Below, piece after piece: positions 1-10,218 of a stretch of 64,000 nucleotides of DNA. Source of the DNA: an uncultured bacterium. GTDB taxonomy: Bacteria > Bacillota_I > Bacilli_A > RF39 > UBA660. Position 1 is the stretch's first letter; every line of letters starts with the position of its first letter. A model generated the notes under the pieces. It saw nothing but the letters and a program-made list of their open reading frames with translations, was not told the DNA's origin and did no database searches. Made by a program: the position numbers and the translations under genes. The stretch covers positions 88,117 through 152,116 of the forward strand of contig CAMPCD010000001.1 in NCBI GenBank assembly GCA_946643435.1, in the 5' to 3' direction.

Positions 1-941
1 ATTATAACTAAACCAAGGTTACCCTTTTCAGCTAATCTTCTACACTTAGCTCTTAATTCACCAACTGTTATACCTAAGTTATCTTCAATGTAGATTGGAG
101 CTTCAGCTAAGTTAGACATAGCTTCATTAACTCTTTTCCAATCATCATTGTTAAGACGACCTGTCTTTAATTTATTTCCATCAACAGCACCTTGAGATGA
201 AATCATTCTCATCATCAATTGCTCTGCACTCATTTCTAGGTTGAATATACATACATCTTTACCACTAGACATAGCAGCATTAACACCAATATTTAAAGCA
301 AATGCTGTTTTACCCATGGCAGGACGAGCACCAATGATAATTAATTCATTTGGATGAAGTCCTGATGTTAATCTATCGAAATCTACAAAGCCTGTTGAAA
401 TACCAGTGATTTCACTTCCGTTTTGACTTCTTTCTTCTAGTTGTTTTCTAGCACTTTTAACAACTTCTTCTGAAGATTTAAACTCACTAGATTTTCTTTG
501 TTTTGCTACAGCAAATATTTCTTTTTCAGCTGTTTCAATTAATTCATTTTGATTATTATTTTCATCTACAGCTGTTTTAGTAATCTTATTACATGTTTCA
601 ATTAATTTTCTTCTAACATATTTATCTTTAACTATATCTATATATGTTTCAACATTAGCAGAAGATAATACTGAGTCTATTACTTCTGATAAATATTCAA
701 CACCACCCACTGAATTAATAGGTGTTGTTTTTTCTATTTCATTTTTTAAGATAGTAGAATCTAGATTATCATTTCTACTTCTTATACTTTTCATAGCTTT
801 AAATATAACTTGGTTCTTTTTATCATAGAACATTTCTTCTGTAAGATCATCACAAACTTTATCTAAAGCATTTTGTGATAAATATGCACAACCTAAAACG
901 TTCATTTCTGCTTCTAAGTTTCTTGGATCTTGATTGTTCAT
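1..941 (-). CDS. dnaB: Replicative DNA helicase DnaB, N-terminal 313 codons; C-terminus lies beyond the window start
   Basis: Minus-strand translation from ATG (complement of 939-941) gives MNNQDPRNLEAEMNVLG... with Walker A GARPAMGKTAF. GGAGG SD lies 6 nt upstream. Positioned downstream of rplI as in Firmicutes. Confidence 0.85.
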   Translation of the reverse strand, partial: MNNQDPRNLEAEMNVLGCAYLSQNALDKVCDDLTEEMFYDKKNQVIFKAMKSIRSRNDNLDSTILKNEIEKTTPINSVGGVEYLSEVIDSVLSSANVETYIDIVKDKYVRRKLIETCNKITKTAVDENNNQNELIETAEKEIFAVAKQRKSSEFKSSEEVVKSARKQLEERSQNGSEITGISTGFVDFDRLTSGLHPNELIIIGARPAMGKTAFALNIGVNAAMSSGKDVCIFNLEMSAEQLMMRMISSQGAVDGNKLKTGRLNNDDWKRVNEAMSNLAEAPIYIEDNLGITVGELRAKCRRLAEKGNLGLVI

Positions 942-953
942 GTTAAAACCTCC

Positions 954-1391
954 CTATTCAACTGTTATATTTAATTTAGCTATAACCTTCTTATGTAATT
1001 CAATATCTACTATATGATTACCAAGTGATTCTATTTGATGATCACATGAAATAATCTTCTTATCAATATCGAATCCTTTCTTCTTTAATTCTTCACTTAT
1101 TTGTTTAGTTGAGATAGAACCAAACATTCTACCATCATTACTCTTTTTAACAGTAAATTTTAATTTAACTGTTTCTATTTTTTTCTTTAAAGCAGTCATA
1201 TCAGCAATTAATTGCTCTTCTGCTTCTTGTCTTCTTTTTATAGAACCTTCTAATTGATTCTTATTTTTTTCATTATAAGGTACTGCTAATCCTTTAGCTA
1301 TTAAGAAATTATTTGCGTATCCATCTGATACATTAATAACTTCATCTTTCTTACCTTGTTTTTTTACATCTTGGAGTAAAATTACTTCCAT
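954..1391 (-). CDS. rplI: 50S ribosomal protein L9
   Basis: 145 aa MEVILLQDVKKQGKKDEVINVSDGYANNFLIAKGLA... is a typical L9 N-terminal domain. Immediately precedes dnaB. Confidence 0.9.
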   Translation of the reverse strand: MEVILLQDVKKQGKKDEVINVSDGYANNFLIAKGLAVPYNEKNKNQLEGSIKRRQEAEEQLIADMTALKKKIETVKLKFTVKKSNDGRMFGSISTKQISEELKKKGFDIDKKIISCDHQIESLGNHIVDIELHKKVIAKLNITVE

Positions 1392-1474
1392 TCCTTTATC
1401 CTCCTTTTGTCTCGTTTATATTATATCAAATATTATTTGTCATTAAAATAAAAAAGATACTTTTAGTATCTTTA

Positions 1475-1816
1475 TTATATAAATGGTGTTTTAACAAGTT
1501 CTTTACCATATTTATCTATTAATTGTTGTTTATAAACAGAATGTTTTGCAGATAATACTTTATACTTTTTATTTGAATAAAAATATCCACCTATAGATAA
1601 TAATCCTACAATTAAACTTGTTATACCTATTTTTAAAATTTCTTGTTCACTTGATCCGCCTACAACACAACCAATACCTGTTGTAATACCAAATGGAATA
1701 AAACATTTAGACATTCCTCTTATATAATCATAGTCATCCATAGCCATGCTAATGTCATCTATTTCTTTTGTTTCTTTTTCAGTTAACATTCCTTTATTTA
1801 AATCATCATTAAACAT
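1475..1816 (-). CDS. Small hypothetical membrane protein (two predicted TM helices)
   Basis: ORF 1475..1870 trimmed to internal Met (MFNDDLNKG...), which is preceded by GGGGGAA SD with 5-nt spacer. Hydrophobic segments GITTGIGCVVGG and ITSLIVGLLSIGGYFY. Confidence 0.45.
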   Translation of the reverse strand: MFNDDLNKGMLTEKETKEIDDISMAMDDYDYIRGMSKCFIPFGITTGIGCVVGGSSEQEILKIGITSLIVGLLSIGGYFYSNKKYKVLSAKHSVYKQQLIDKYGKELVKTPFI

Positions 1817-1891
1817 AAATATTCCCCCGTGATTGCGTACTATATTAACATTAGTTAATATTTTAGTCAAAAAAAGATGCTATAAAGCATC

Positions 1892-3559
1892 TTAATTTAA
1901 TTTAAATAAACTTTTATTCTTAATCATCTTATAAAGATATATTAAAGATCCTGCAATAAATAAGATTATAAATGAATATTTAAATACCCCTGTTACAGGA
2001 TTTTCTTCTACTCCTTTTACTTCTTTAAAAGTATAAGTATATTCTAAGTCGCCTTTTAGATAATCATCTAATGATATTTCATCAGACCAATAACCATCTA
2101 CACCGTTTTCACTTATCATACCTGTAGGTATATCACTTGAAGATAATTTATCCCATACATCTTTATATATTATTTTATCTTCAGTAGTACCATCAGCCCA
2201 TGTACCATTTGCTACCTTTAATACTATTTTTACTCTGTATACAATCTTAATAGATGAAGCAATTGTGCCATCTTCATATATCAATTTTCGCTCACCATAT
2301 TCATTATATGGTTCATCTAGTAAAACTTTTCTATTATTTATATCTAAAGGATATACTGAATCATCATAATACAAATCAAAGCATTCAAACGCTCCTGTAT
2401 CATCATATGTATTATTCACTAGAAAATATGAATTTTTCACATTTATATTGCCAGAAGTTACAAGTCTTCCTTCCAAACTAAAGTAACTATCATTAATATC
2501 CAAACACATTTTATCGTCCCCATAACTATACATATAAATATTATAGCCAGATGCAGTAAAACGGGAGTTATTAAGTGTCCAATGCTTCCCAAGAAGAGTA
2601 TTAGAATTCTTATTAAACACTCCATTTAGAATGATAGTTGAATTATTCACTATAGTATTAGGATTTGGATATTCGTCCGATGAAGATGTACTTTGACTGT
2701 ATTCGGTACCCTGAATATATGAATTTGTAATTTCAGTATAAGATGACAACTCTAATCTTTTTGTTACTATACTACTATCTTCAATTACCATTTTATTAGG
2801 AGATGAATCACCAAATTTTGATGCTACTATGTCGCAATTTTTGACTATAATCGAATAAGTAGTAGACATATAATGTGTTATATTTAACTCATCGCTACCT
2901 TCTGCCGGATGAATTTTACTATTAGTAAATTCAAAATGCTCATTGCTTCCGTTAGTATAAATATTCCAAGCTTCAACTTCAGAATCAATGATTCTCATTG
3001 TATCGGAATTACCTTCAACCTTTATTATTCCATTTGATGTACCATATATTCTTGAATTCTTAATAGTCATATCTCCCCTAGATACAATTCTAGGACAATA
3101 CACAGTACTGTTAATAATATTTAATGGCCCAGTATATGAAGATATACTTTGAACATTTCTTATAATAGAGTCTTTTATAGTAGTTTCAAAATTATAAATT
3201 TGACTTATTCCAGTATCTTCAGAAAGTACAACCTTATCAAATACTATTTCAACATTTGAATCAATGCCATATTTTTTATTAATTTGACCTTTAATAGTAA
3301 CTTCCTTATTATTTGATGTAATAGTGGTAGATCTCGCTATAGTGATTTCGCCGATTTGAGCATTCTCTTTAATGGTTAACACATCATTATCATATGACAA
3401 TATATCATTATAGTCATCTACAATTATTTCATTATTCCATGTACTAGCAGGATCTAAAACCTTTATATTTCCATCTGAATCGATATTAATACCATAACCT
3501 GCTGCATATACTGCAGGAGAAAATAATATTAAAGCTATTAATAACATATATTTCTTCAT
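1892..3559 (-). CDS. Secreted, C-terminally membrane-anchored protein with parallel beta-helix-like repeats
   Basis: N-terminal signal peptide MKKYMLLIALILFSPAVYA. Recurring xN-S/T-x-I motifs (KNSRIYG, TNSKIH, KNCDIV, EDSSIV, TNSYIQ, NNSTII, NNSRFT, NDSYFS, KNSYFL) are typical of right-handed beta-helix/pectate-lyase fold. C-terminal TM FIILFIAGSLIYLY. Confidence 0.55.
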   Translation of the reverse strand: MKKYMLLIALILFSPAVYAAGYGINIDSDGNIKVLDPASTWNNEIIVDDYNDILSYDNDVLTIKENAQIGEITIARSTTITSNNKEVTIKGQINKKYGIDSNVEIVFDKVVLSEDTGISQIYNFETTIKDSIIRNVQSISSYTGPLNIINSTVYCPRIVSRGDMTIKNSRIYGTSNGIIKVEGNSDTMRIIDSEVEAWNIYTNGSNEHFEFTNSKIHPAEGSDELNITHYMSTTYSIIVKNCDIVASKFGDSSPNKMVIEDSSIVTKRLELSSYTEITNSYIQGTEYSQSTSSSDEYPNPNTIVNNSTIILNGVFNKNSNTLLGKHWTLNNSRFTASGYNIYMYSYGDDKMCLDINDSYFSLEGRLVTSGNINVKNSYFLVNNTYDDTGAFECFDLYYDDSVYPLDINNRKVLLDEPYNEYGERKLIYEDGTIASSIKIVYRVKIVLKVANGTWADGTTEDKIIYKDVWDKLSSSDIPTGMISENGVDGYWSDEISLDDYLKGDLEYTYTFKEVKGVEENPVTGVFKYSFIILFIAGSLIYLYKMIKNKSLFKLN

Positions 3560-3643
3560 ATTATCACCATATTAAAAATAACATGTTAATTATTAATTAA
3601 CAACAAACTAGACATAAAAAAAAGACACTTAACAGTGTCTTAA

Positions 3644-3859
3644 TTACTTAACTTCAGGTATTAAAGCCATGAATCTAGCTCTTTTAATTTGATTAGCTAT
3701 ATGTCTTTGATGTCTAGAGCAAGCTCCAGTCATTCTTCTAGGCATTATTTTACCTTTTTCATTAATATATTTAGTAACTACATTAACATCTTTGTAGTCT
3801 ACATCTTTACCAGCACACATTTGGCAAACTTTCTTTTTCTTTCTAAAAAATTCAGCCAT
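3644..3859 (-). CDS. rpsR: 30S ribosomal protein S18
   Basis: 71 aa MAEFFRKKKKVCQMCAGKDVDYKDVNVVTKYINEKGKIMPRRMTGACSRHQRHIANQIKRARFMALIP. Confidence 0.9.
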   Translation of the reverse strand: MAEFFRKKKKVCQMCAGKDVDYKDVNVVTKYINEKGKIMPRRMTGACSRHQRHIANQIKRARFMALIPEVK

Positions 3860-3873
3860 TTTATATTTCCTTT

Positions 3874-4311
3874 CTAGAATGGTAAATCATCATCAGACAA
3901 AACTGTTTCTTCACCCATATTAGCATATGGATCTTCAGATAGATCAGCAGTTTCAACTGGTGAATTATTACTTACTTCATAATTTGTATTTGTACTGTCA
4001 CCTTTAGAACCTAAGAATGTAATTCTTTCAGCTACTACATCAGTAGTATATCTTGTAGTTCCATCTTGTGCAGTATATTGTCCAGTTTGAATATGTCCAG
4101 TTACTCCAATTTGAGATCCTTTATGTTGATATTTGCATAAATTTTCAGCTTGAACATTCCATGCAACACATCTAATAAAGTCTGTATGAGGTTCACCATT
4201 TTGTGGTCTACCATCAACAGCAACAGTAAAAGAGCAAGTTGAAGTTCCTGATCCTGTAGTTCTTAATTCTGGATCTTGAGTTAATCTTCCAATTAAACTA
4301 ACATTATTCAT
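3874..4311 (-). CDS. ssb: Single-stranded DNA-binding protein
   Basis: OB-fold N-terminus MNNVSLIGRLTQDPELRTT..., flexible linker, acidic C-terminal tail DDDLPF. Sits in the rpsF-ssb-rpsR arrangement. Confidence 0.9.
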   Translation of the reverse strand: MNNVSLIGRLTQDPELRTTGSGTSTCSFTVAVDGRPQNGEPHTDFIRCVAWNVQAENLCKYQHKGSQIGVTGHIQTGQYTAQDGTTRYTTDVVAERITFLGSKGDSTNTNYEVSNNSPVETADLSEDPYANMGEETVLSDDDLPF

Positions 4312-4314
4312 AAA

Positions 4315-4605
4315 TTACTCCTCATCTAATCTGATAATTAAATGTCTTAATACAGATTCGTCAATTCTAGCTTTACGATCTAGTTCAGCAACAATGTCAG
4401 CAGTAGCTTCGAAATCAACTACAAAGTAGAAACCAACATTTTCCTTCTTAATAGGATATGCTAATTCTTTACTTCCTAAATCTTTTTCATCAGTTATTTT
4501 ACCCTTCATTGAAGTAATAACTTCCTTTAAAGATTTTGCAGTATTAGCTACAGCTTTTTCGTCTGCATTAGCTTTAACTATGAACATCATTTCATATTTG
4601 TTCAT
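4315..4605 (-). CDS. rpsF: 30S ribosomal protein S6
   Basis: 96 aa MNKYEMMFIVKANADEKAVANTAKSLKEVITSMKGKITDEKDLGSKELAYPIKK... Confidence 0.9.
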   Translation of the reverse strand: MNKYEMMFIVKANADEKAVANTAKSLKEVITSMKGKITDEKDLGSKELAYPIKKENVGFYFVVDFEATADIVAELDRKARIDESVLRHLIIRLDEE

Positions 4606-4718
4606 TCTTACACCTCCTTGTGGTCTATTCGGCTTATATTAAAGTATAAGCAAGGAGCTTTCGCTCGTTAGTATTGTAGCAAATATTTGTTTGTTTGTAA
4701 ACTAAAAAAAGGAATTTA

Positions 4719-5630
4719 TTACATTCCTCTTTTTTTAGCTTTTTCTGCTCTAGCTGCAAAGAATTTTTTACAGCCTGTAACTAGTAGTAAATCTGATACT
4801 TCTACAGTAACATCTTCTTTAACTATATCATCACCTTTAATAACTTCAGTGTGTGTTTCTTGTACACCATCAGTTATAAAAGGATACATATCTATGCTCT
4901 TTTTTTCTTTATCAACCATTTTTGGACAATCCATCATATGAACTGGACAGTCAAAGCATAAATGTGATTTAGTTCTAGGATCTAATTTACCAGAAATCTT
5001 TTTAACTAATAAATTCTTTAAGAATTTCTTTAATTCAACATCTTCAAGAGTAGAAAATGATACTCCATCTAATATAACAGTTCTTAATATATCTTCATTT
5101 GTATTTATTTCTGCTTTTAATCCCATAATTTCATATTCAGATAATGATTCAACAAAACTATAAATAAATGATTTACATGCTTCTCTAAAAATTGTAGATG
5201 ATAATTGATCTGGATGTTCACGTCCGAATTCTCTAATTCTCCCAATCTTAGATTGATCACTCTTAACATGTTTACCAAATACTCTTCTATATTCAGTATA
5301 TCCATCTAAAAACATATTATTTAATATATGTAAGTCTTTGATTGATTTAGCTTCTACTATCTTAACCATTAAATCATGAATTAATTTTTCATATAAATAA
5401 ACACTATCTTTTTTCATGTATTTAAACATATTTTTAACTTCTTCTGATTTGTCTCCAGCAACAAATGGTATTTCATAATCTTTTAAGAAATCAAAGCCTA
5501 TAGCTTTATAAATAGTAAATTTAGGATCTAATGCATTAGTATCTTGTACTCCATCACTTTTCTTTCTTGTTTTTATAACTTTGATTGTTTCGCCATTAAC
5601 CTTATTGTATCTATACTTCATTTTAACCAC
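4719..5630 (-). CDS. Hypothetical cytoplasmic protein with C-terminal Cys/His cluster (HLCFDCPVHMMDCPK)
   Basis: 303-aa ORF, no TM segments, no recognisable catalytic motifs. C-terminal H-x-C-x2-C-x-H-x3-C metal-binding-like cluster. Confidence 0.55.
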   Translation of the reverse strand: MVKMKYRYNKVNGETIKVIKTRKKSDGVQDTNALDPKFTIYKAIGFDFLKDYEIPFVAGDKSEEVKNMFKYMKKDSVYLYEKLIHDLMVKIVEAKSIKDLHILNNMFLDGYTEYRRVFGKHVKSDQSKIGRIREFGREHPDQLSSTIFREACKSFIYSFVESLSEYEIMGLKAEINTNEDILRTVILDGVSFSTLEDVELKKFLKNLLVKKISGKLDPRTKSHLCFDCPVHMMDCPKMVDKEKKSIDMYPFITDGVQETHTEVIKGDDIVKEDVTVEVSDLLLVTGCKKFFAARAEKAKKRGM

Positions 5631-5764
5631 CTTTTTCTTATTTATCGATTAGTTATTATTCTTTTTCGATATAATAATACTTCTTTTTTGCTAGTTTTGA
5701 TATTATACACACATTAATACTTTTTGGCAAATAAAAAAACTACCCTAAGGTAGTTAAAATCAAA

Positions 5765-5841
5765 TGGTGATCTGTATGGGATTCGGACCCATGAATGTAG
5801 CCTTGAGAGGGCTATGTGTTAAACCACTTCACCAACAGACC
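5765..5841 (-). tRNA. tRNA-Glu, anticodon read as CUC, 3' CCA encoded
   Basis: Reverse complement GGTCTGTTGGTGAAGTGGTTTAACACATAGCCCTCTCAAGGCTACATTCATGGGTCCGAATCCCATACAGATCACCA folds as cloverleaf: 7-bp acceptor with one G.U, 3-bp D stem, anticodon loop CTCTCAA, T loop TCCGAAT. Very close to Bacillus tRNA-Glu except anticodon CUC rather than UUC. Confidence 0.75.
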
Positions 5842-5889
5842 AAATAACAATATAATTAATTTATCAAATTATATTGTTTTTTTCAATAA

Positions 5890-7089
5890 TTACTTTTTCC
5901 TTTTAATCCAATAAGTAATTATTATTAATAATAAAATGAATATTATAACTAATACAACTAATTCAAATATATGAATTTTTATCCAATTCTTAAGATTTGG
6001 TTTAATAACCTCATCTAATGTAACTGTTCGTTCATATATTAAATCATCTTCATAGTAGTATTTAATATAACCTATTACTTCATCTTTATTATTTCTATAT
6101 GATATTTCTAAAGGAAGATTATCTTCTATTCTTATTTTAGATTGATCATAGTTATTTAATAATAGTATTAAATCCTTATCATTATATATAGAATAATTAT
6201 CTATAGTAGAATCTACTACTTTAATATTTTTATATAATGTATTATTCTTTACTAAAGTATAGTAATCAAATTCATTATCTAAGTAATTAATTATACTAAC
6301 TGCATCTCTTAAATGTTTGAAATCAGTAAAGTTTTCAACAGGTGCACCTAGTAAAACTGCATAGAATAAGTGATCATGTGATACAAATTCAAAAGCTAAA
6401 CAGAATTCAGCAGGATCAGTAAAACCTGTCTTATCTCCTATTATTCTTGAAGTATCTATATTTATTTGATCACCAAACGTCTTGGCAGTAGCTGATACTT
6501 GCATACCATTAGACATAGTATAATCTTTTGTTTCAAACATCTTTTTAAATGTATTATTTTGTAATACATACTTTAATAATATATATAAATCAGATGCTGT
6601 AGAATAATTGTTTTCATGATCCATTCCTATAGGATTTTCAAAACTAGTATTATTCATTCCTAATTCTTTAGCTTTATCATTCATTAATTTAACAAATGAA
6701 GGTAAATCACCAGCTGTAGCAATTGCTAGAGAATTAACTGCATCTGCTCCACTTGGTAAAAGTGTTGCATAGATTAAATCTTCCATGGTTAATACATCCC
6801 CAGCTTTTAGCTTAATAACTGCTGCATCCCATGGAACAGTATTTAACATCTCTTGAGTAATTGTAACCTTTTTAGTTAAGTCAGGATTATTTTCAATAGC
6901 TACAATAGTAGACATCATCTTAGTTAATGATGCTATACTTCTTTTTTCATTAGAATTATGTTCTAATATGACCTTATTAGTATTTTCATCATATAAAATA
7001 TATGCCTTAGAATTTAACTCTAAAGCATATATATTTATAGGTATTATTAATAGTAGTAATAATAAATATTTCTTCATATTAAATACCAA
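5890..7089 (-). CDS. D-alanyl-D-alanine carboxypeptidase (PBP5/DacA-like serine peptidase S11), C-terminal membrane anchor
   Basis: Signal peptide. SxxK active-site motif SIASLTKMMS. C-terminal TM LVVLVIIFILLLIIITYWI. Confidence 0.8.
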   Translation of the reverse strand: MVFNMKKYLLLLLLIIPINIYALELNSKAYILYDENTNKVILEHNSNEKRSIASLTKMMSTIVAIENNPDLTKKVTITQEMLNTVPWDAAVIKLKAGDVLTMEDLIYATLLPSGADAVNSLAIATAGDLPSFVKLMNDKAKELGMNNTSFENPIGMDHENNYSTASDLYILLKYVLQNNTFKKMFETKDYTMSNGMQVSATAKTFGDQINIDTSRIIGDKTGFTDPAEFCLAFEFVSHDHLFYAVLLGAPVENFTDFKHLRDAVSIINYLDNEFDYYTLVKNNTLYKNIKVVDSTIDNYSIYNDKDLILLLNNYDQSKIRIEDNLPLEISYRNNKDEVIGYIKYYYEDDLIYERTVTLDEVIKPNLKNWIKIHIFELVVLVIIFILLLIIITYWIKRKK

Positions 7090-7375
7090 ATAATATCAAA
7101 TCTTCTATATCATTATTAACTAGATTAACAAATAGTTTATTAGTCACTTTAGATATAGTCTTTTCTATATCTTCTCTTTTGATTAATACTAAATCAGGTC
7201 TATTTATTATTAAATTATATAAATCTTTTATTCCTATTTCTTTATAATAATTAAGTGTATCTACTACTATATTCTTTGATATTTCAAGTGATACAAGTAT
7301 ATTATCTTCTAGCTTTTCATTTATATCATGAATTTGTTCAGGTGAAAATTGTAAATCTAATAAATAATTAAGCAT
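7079..7375 (-). CDS. Hypothetical protein (98 aa)
   Basis: ORF overlapping neighbours by a few nt on the same strand (operon-like). No recognisable motifs. Confidence 0.45.
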   Translation of the reverse strand: MLNYLLDLQFSPEQIHDINEKLEDNILVSLEISKNIVVDTLNYYKEIGIKDLYNLIINRPDLVLIKREDIEKTISKVTNKLFVNLVNNDIEDLILFGI

Positions 7376-8711
7376 TTATATCACCCCATAAATTCTTTTC
7401 TTGATTATCATATATTTCCTTAATAAGTAATTTAGTTACAGCATCAATTGATTTCTTATTATATTTATTAATAATATAATTAATCTTCTTATCAAGATTA
7501 GGAACCTTTAATAAGTGATAATTATCACCTTTTAAATATTCATTTATATCAAAATATTTATTAATAACATCTAAGTTTTCAATAACTAATCTAGGATTAA
7601 TAACTAACATTTTATATAATTTGTTAATAACTTTCTTCTTATCAGCTTTATATCTACCAAATACACTTAAGAAACTCTCTATTATTTCATTTCTTACAAC
7701 AAATAATAAAGGACATTTATTCAATAAGTTAATAGTATTTATTTCATATTTTTTAAATACCTCTACATTAAACATATAATTATAATATAAAGGTGTACAA
7801 ATAGTATTACTCTTAGATATTAAGACTGGGAATATATAATTAACTAATTTCTTTATTGAATTAACATCAAGATCATTATTATTATCTCTAAATGTTTCAA
7901 CAACATTTTTAATACATTCAATATTAGAAAATAATACTATAGCTAATTTAGCTTTAACATTATCTTTATCAATTAAATGTAATATTCCATAGTCTTCTAC
8001 TTTATTACGTTTAATAAAGTTATATGTCTCAGTTATTTGTTCTTCACTTGTATTCTTAATAAGTAGTTTATAATCTACTGGTAATTCATCATATTCAATA
8101 TTAAGCTTTTTAAATATTTTCTTAAGATCATCTGATATATCAGTTAGTCTTAATTCACTTGTTGCACTTAATGTATCTTCTAGAGTCTTATGATTCAAAA
8201 TATTATAGTTATGTCTAGTAACATATTGCATAATAGTATACATATTACTATCAAATGAAGAAGGAGCATAAGCCTTAGTAATATATTCTATTACTTCTTC
8301 ATCATTTATTATTTCATTATATTTAATAGCAGCAGATAGATTATTTAATCTATCACCTAAATTATTAGTTAAATCGTCTACATTAGAAAGTTTCTTTAAA
8401 AGAATAAGGAAAGTATCAATTGTCTTTTTATGGTCTTCTTTATCATTAATATTTAGATTATATTGTAGTTTTCCTAAATATAAATCTCTTAATTGATAAA
8501 TCTTTTTATTAAATATTATATGTGTTTGATATTTATTTCGTTTTATTATTTCACTTATAAAATCATTGCTTAGATTACCTAAATAATATTTATCTTCTTT
8601 AATCTTATTGATTAAATCAGATATATCAATATCATTTATTATTACTTTAGTAGCTTCAGGTATTTCTGTAGCTGCTATTATATCTAATAACAATTGTTTC
8701 CCCTTATCCAT
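7368..8711 (-). CDS. Hypothetical cytoplasmic protein (447 aa), N/K/I/D-rich
   Basis: Long uninterrupted ORF in an AT-rich genome where random ORFs are short. No TM, no catalytic motif recognised. Confidence 0.6.
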   Translation of the reverse strand: MDKGKQLLLDIIAATEIPEATKVIINDIDISDLINKIKEDKYYLGNLSNDFISEIIKRNKYQTHIIFNKKIYQLRDLYLGKLQYNLNINDKEDHKKTIDTFLILLKKLSNVDDLTNNLGDRLNNLSAAIKYNEIINDEEVIEYITKAYAPSSFDSNMYTIMQYVTRHNYNILNHKTLEDTLSATSELRLTDISDDLKKIFKKLNIEYDELPVDYKLLIKNTSEEQITETYNFIKRNKVEDYGILHLIDKDNVKAKLAIVLFSNIECIKNVVETFRDNNNDLDVNSIKKLVNYIFPVLISKSNTICTPLYYNYMFNVEVFKKYEINTINLLNKCPLLFVVRNEIIESFLSVFGRYKADKKKVINKLYKMLVINPRLVIENLDVINKYFDINEYLKGDNYHLLKVPNLDKKINYIINKYNKKSIDAVTKLLIKEIYDNQEKNLWGDINA

Positions 8712-8725
8712 ATTTATTCTTCTTT

Positions 8726-9784
8726 CTATTGTATTTGACTATATGCTTCTTTTAATTCTCCTAATAATTTAATATAAGATATATATTCATCACTTTGAGG
8801 ATCAATAGTACTCATATTGTCTAATGTTTCTTTTATTCTTTTAATTATAGGTAATTCTTTTAAGGTTACAGCCTTATCATGATCATTTGTTGAATTTTCT
8901 ATATCATTTATAGATATATTCATATAATCATTTATATTATTACCTTTATTTATTTCTTCATTTAAGATATCTTCATACTTTAATACTATTGATTTACAAG
9001 GATTAATTATTTGTTCATCATATAAATCTAAGTATTGTAATGTATTATTAATCATTAAATGAGTACTTTCTGAATTATCTTCTTTTAATTGTTTATATAA
9101 TTCATTTAATATAATTGTTGCTAATGCATTTCTTGTTTTATCAACATTATATTTATTATCTGCTATCTTTTTAGCTATATTAGGTATCATATCTATATCA
9201 ATATTTATATCATTAATATAGTTATTAATATCATTATTTAAAGATTCATTATCTAAATATAAGTTATTATAAACAACTAGCTTACTATTTAAATTAACTA
9301 ATTCTAATTCAGCAGCATTAATATCTACATTTTTTTGATTAATATAAGCAAGTATCTTCCATTTGTCAGATATCATAACTCCTAATTCATTCATTAGATT
9401 TTCTAGTTCATCATAATCACCGAATGCTTCATCTAATGTATCCTTAGATAATAAATCAATATATTTATTATATCTAGCAACTTCATTATCTCTATTATTT
9501 AAATGAGTTTCTCTTGCTACATTATATTCATCTATAAATGATTCTATTATTCCATCTAATGTAGGATAGTCAGATCTAATCTTATCATTAGGTGGTATAC
9601 CTACTATATCAGCAATATAATCTATATCTTTTTCATTATATCTAGAAGTATCTAATACTCCATATCTATCTATAATATTTTCAATTTCGTCAACTCTAGA
9701 TGAATCAAGTATATCATTAGAGCGATTCAATAAATTAATCCTAGTTGATAAAGTCATAATGAAATCTTCTATAACTTGTTTCAT
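8726..9784 (-). CDS. Hypothetical cytoplasmic protein (352 aa), acidic, low complexity
   Basis: Long ORF. First gene of apparent three-gene unit 9784->7079. Confidence 0.6.
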   Translation of the reverse strand: MKQVIEDFIMTLSTRINLLNRSNDILDSSRVDEIENIIDRYGVLDTSRYNEKDIDYIADIVGIPPNDKIRSDYPTLDGIIESFIDEYNVARETHLNNRDNEVARYNKYIDLLSKDTLDEAFGDYDELENLMNELGVMISDKWKILAYINQKNVDINAAELELVNLNSKLVVYNNLYLDNESLNNDINNYINDINIDIDMIPNIAKKIADNKYNVDKTRNALATIILNELYKQLKEDNSESTHLMINNTLQYLDLYDEQIINPCKSIVLKYEDILNEEINKGNNINDYMNISINDIENSTNDHDKAVTLKELPIIKRIKETLDNMSTIDPQSDEYISYIKLLGELKEAYSQIQ

Positions 9785-9900
9785 CTAATAGCCTCCTTAT
9801 TCTTAATCATTTTACCATAAGATAGGGCCTTTAGTAAATATTATAGATTGTTTTTAATTCGATATTATGCTATTATTCTAAATAGGATAGAGTTGATAAA

Positions 9901-10218
9901 ATGTACACAAATGAAAATACAATAAAACTATTCGACGCTAACAATAATTTTGTCGAGGACTTTGATAAAAAGATTGAAGATATAGAAATATCTATACATG
10001 GTGAGCACTATTATGATATAGATGAAGAATTAGTTAACACTAATGAAGTACCTATTCAACCTGTTATTAAAGTAGAAAAACCTAAGAAAGAACATAAAAT
10101 ATCAATTAAGGATTTTCTTCCTGTATTATTTATACTATTAATATTTGGTATTGTAGTATATGGAGGATATTACTTCTTAAATTCTTTTGATGTTTCAACA
10201 TTAATTAATCATGGATAA
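9901..10218 (+). CDS. Hypothetical protein with C-terminal TM helix (105 aa)
   Basis: Divergent from the three-gene block. TM LPVLFILLIFGIVVYGGYYF. Confidence 0.5.
   Translation: MYTNENTIKLFDANNNFVEDFDKKIEDIEISIHGEHYYDIDEELVNTNEVPIQPVIKVEKPKKEHKISIKDFLPVLFILLIFGIVVYGGYYFLNSFDVSTLINHG

Noticed and set aside
2254-2481. Plus-strand 75-aa ORF (and similar ORFs at 3689-3877, 4687-4941, 5117-5305, 11027-11254, 11708-11893, 16150-16711, 17237-17777, 18314-18868, 23271-23522, 25044-25412, 27392-27631, 31705-31980, 32372-32626, 33677-33880, 35742-35948, 36605-37027, 37373-37555, 40960-41148, 46164-46370, 47263-47637, 48058-48300, 49516-49800, 55461-55721, 57412-57702, 58153-58389, 61218-61463, 62952-63134)
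   Set aside because: All lie antisense to or nested within well-supported genes, have low-complexity or hydrophobic translations typical of AT-rich frames, and lack RBSs.
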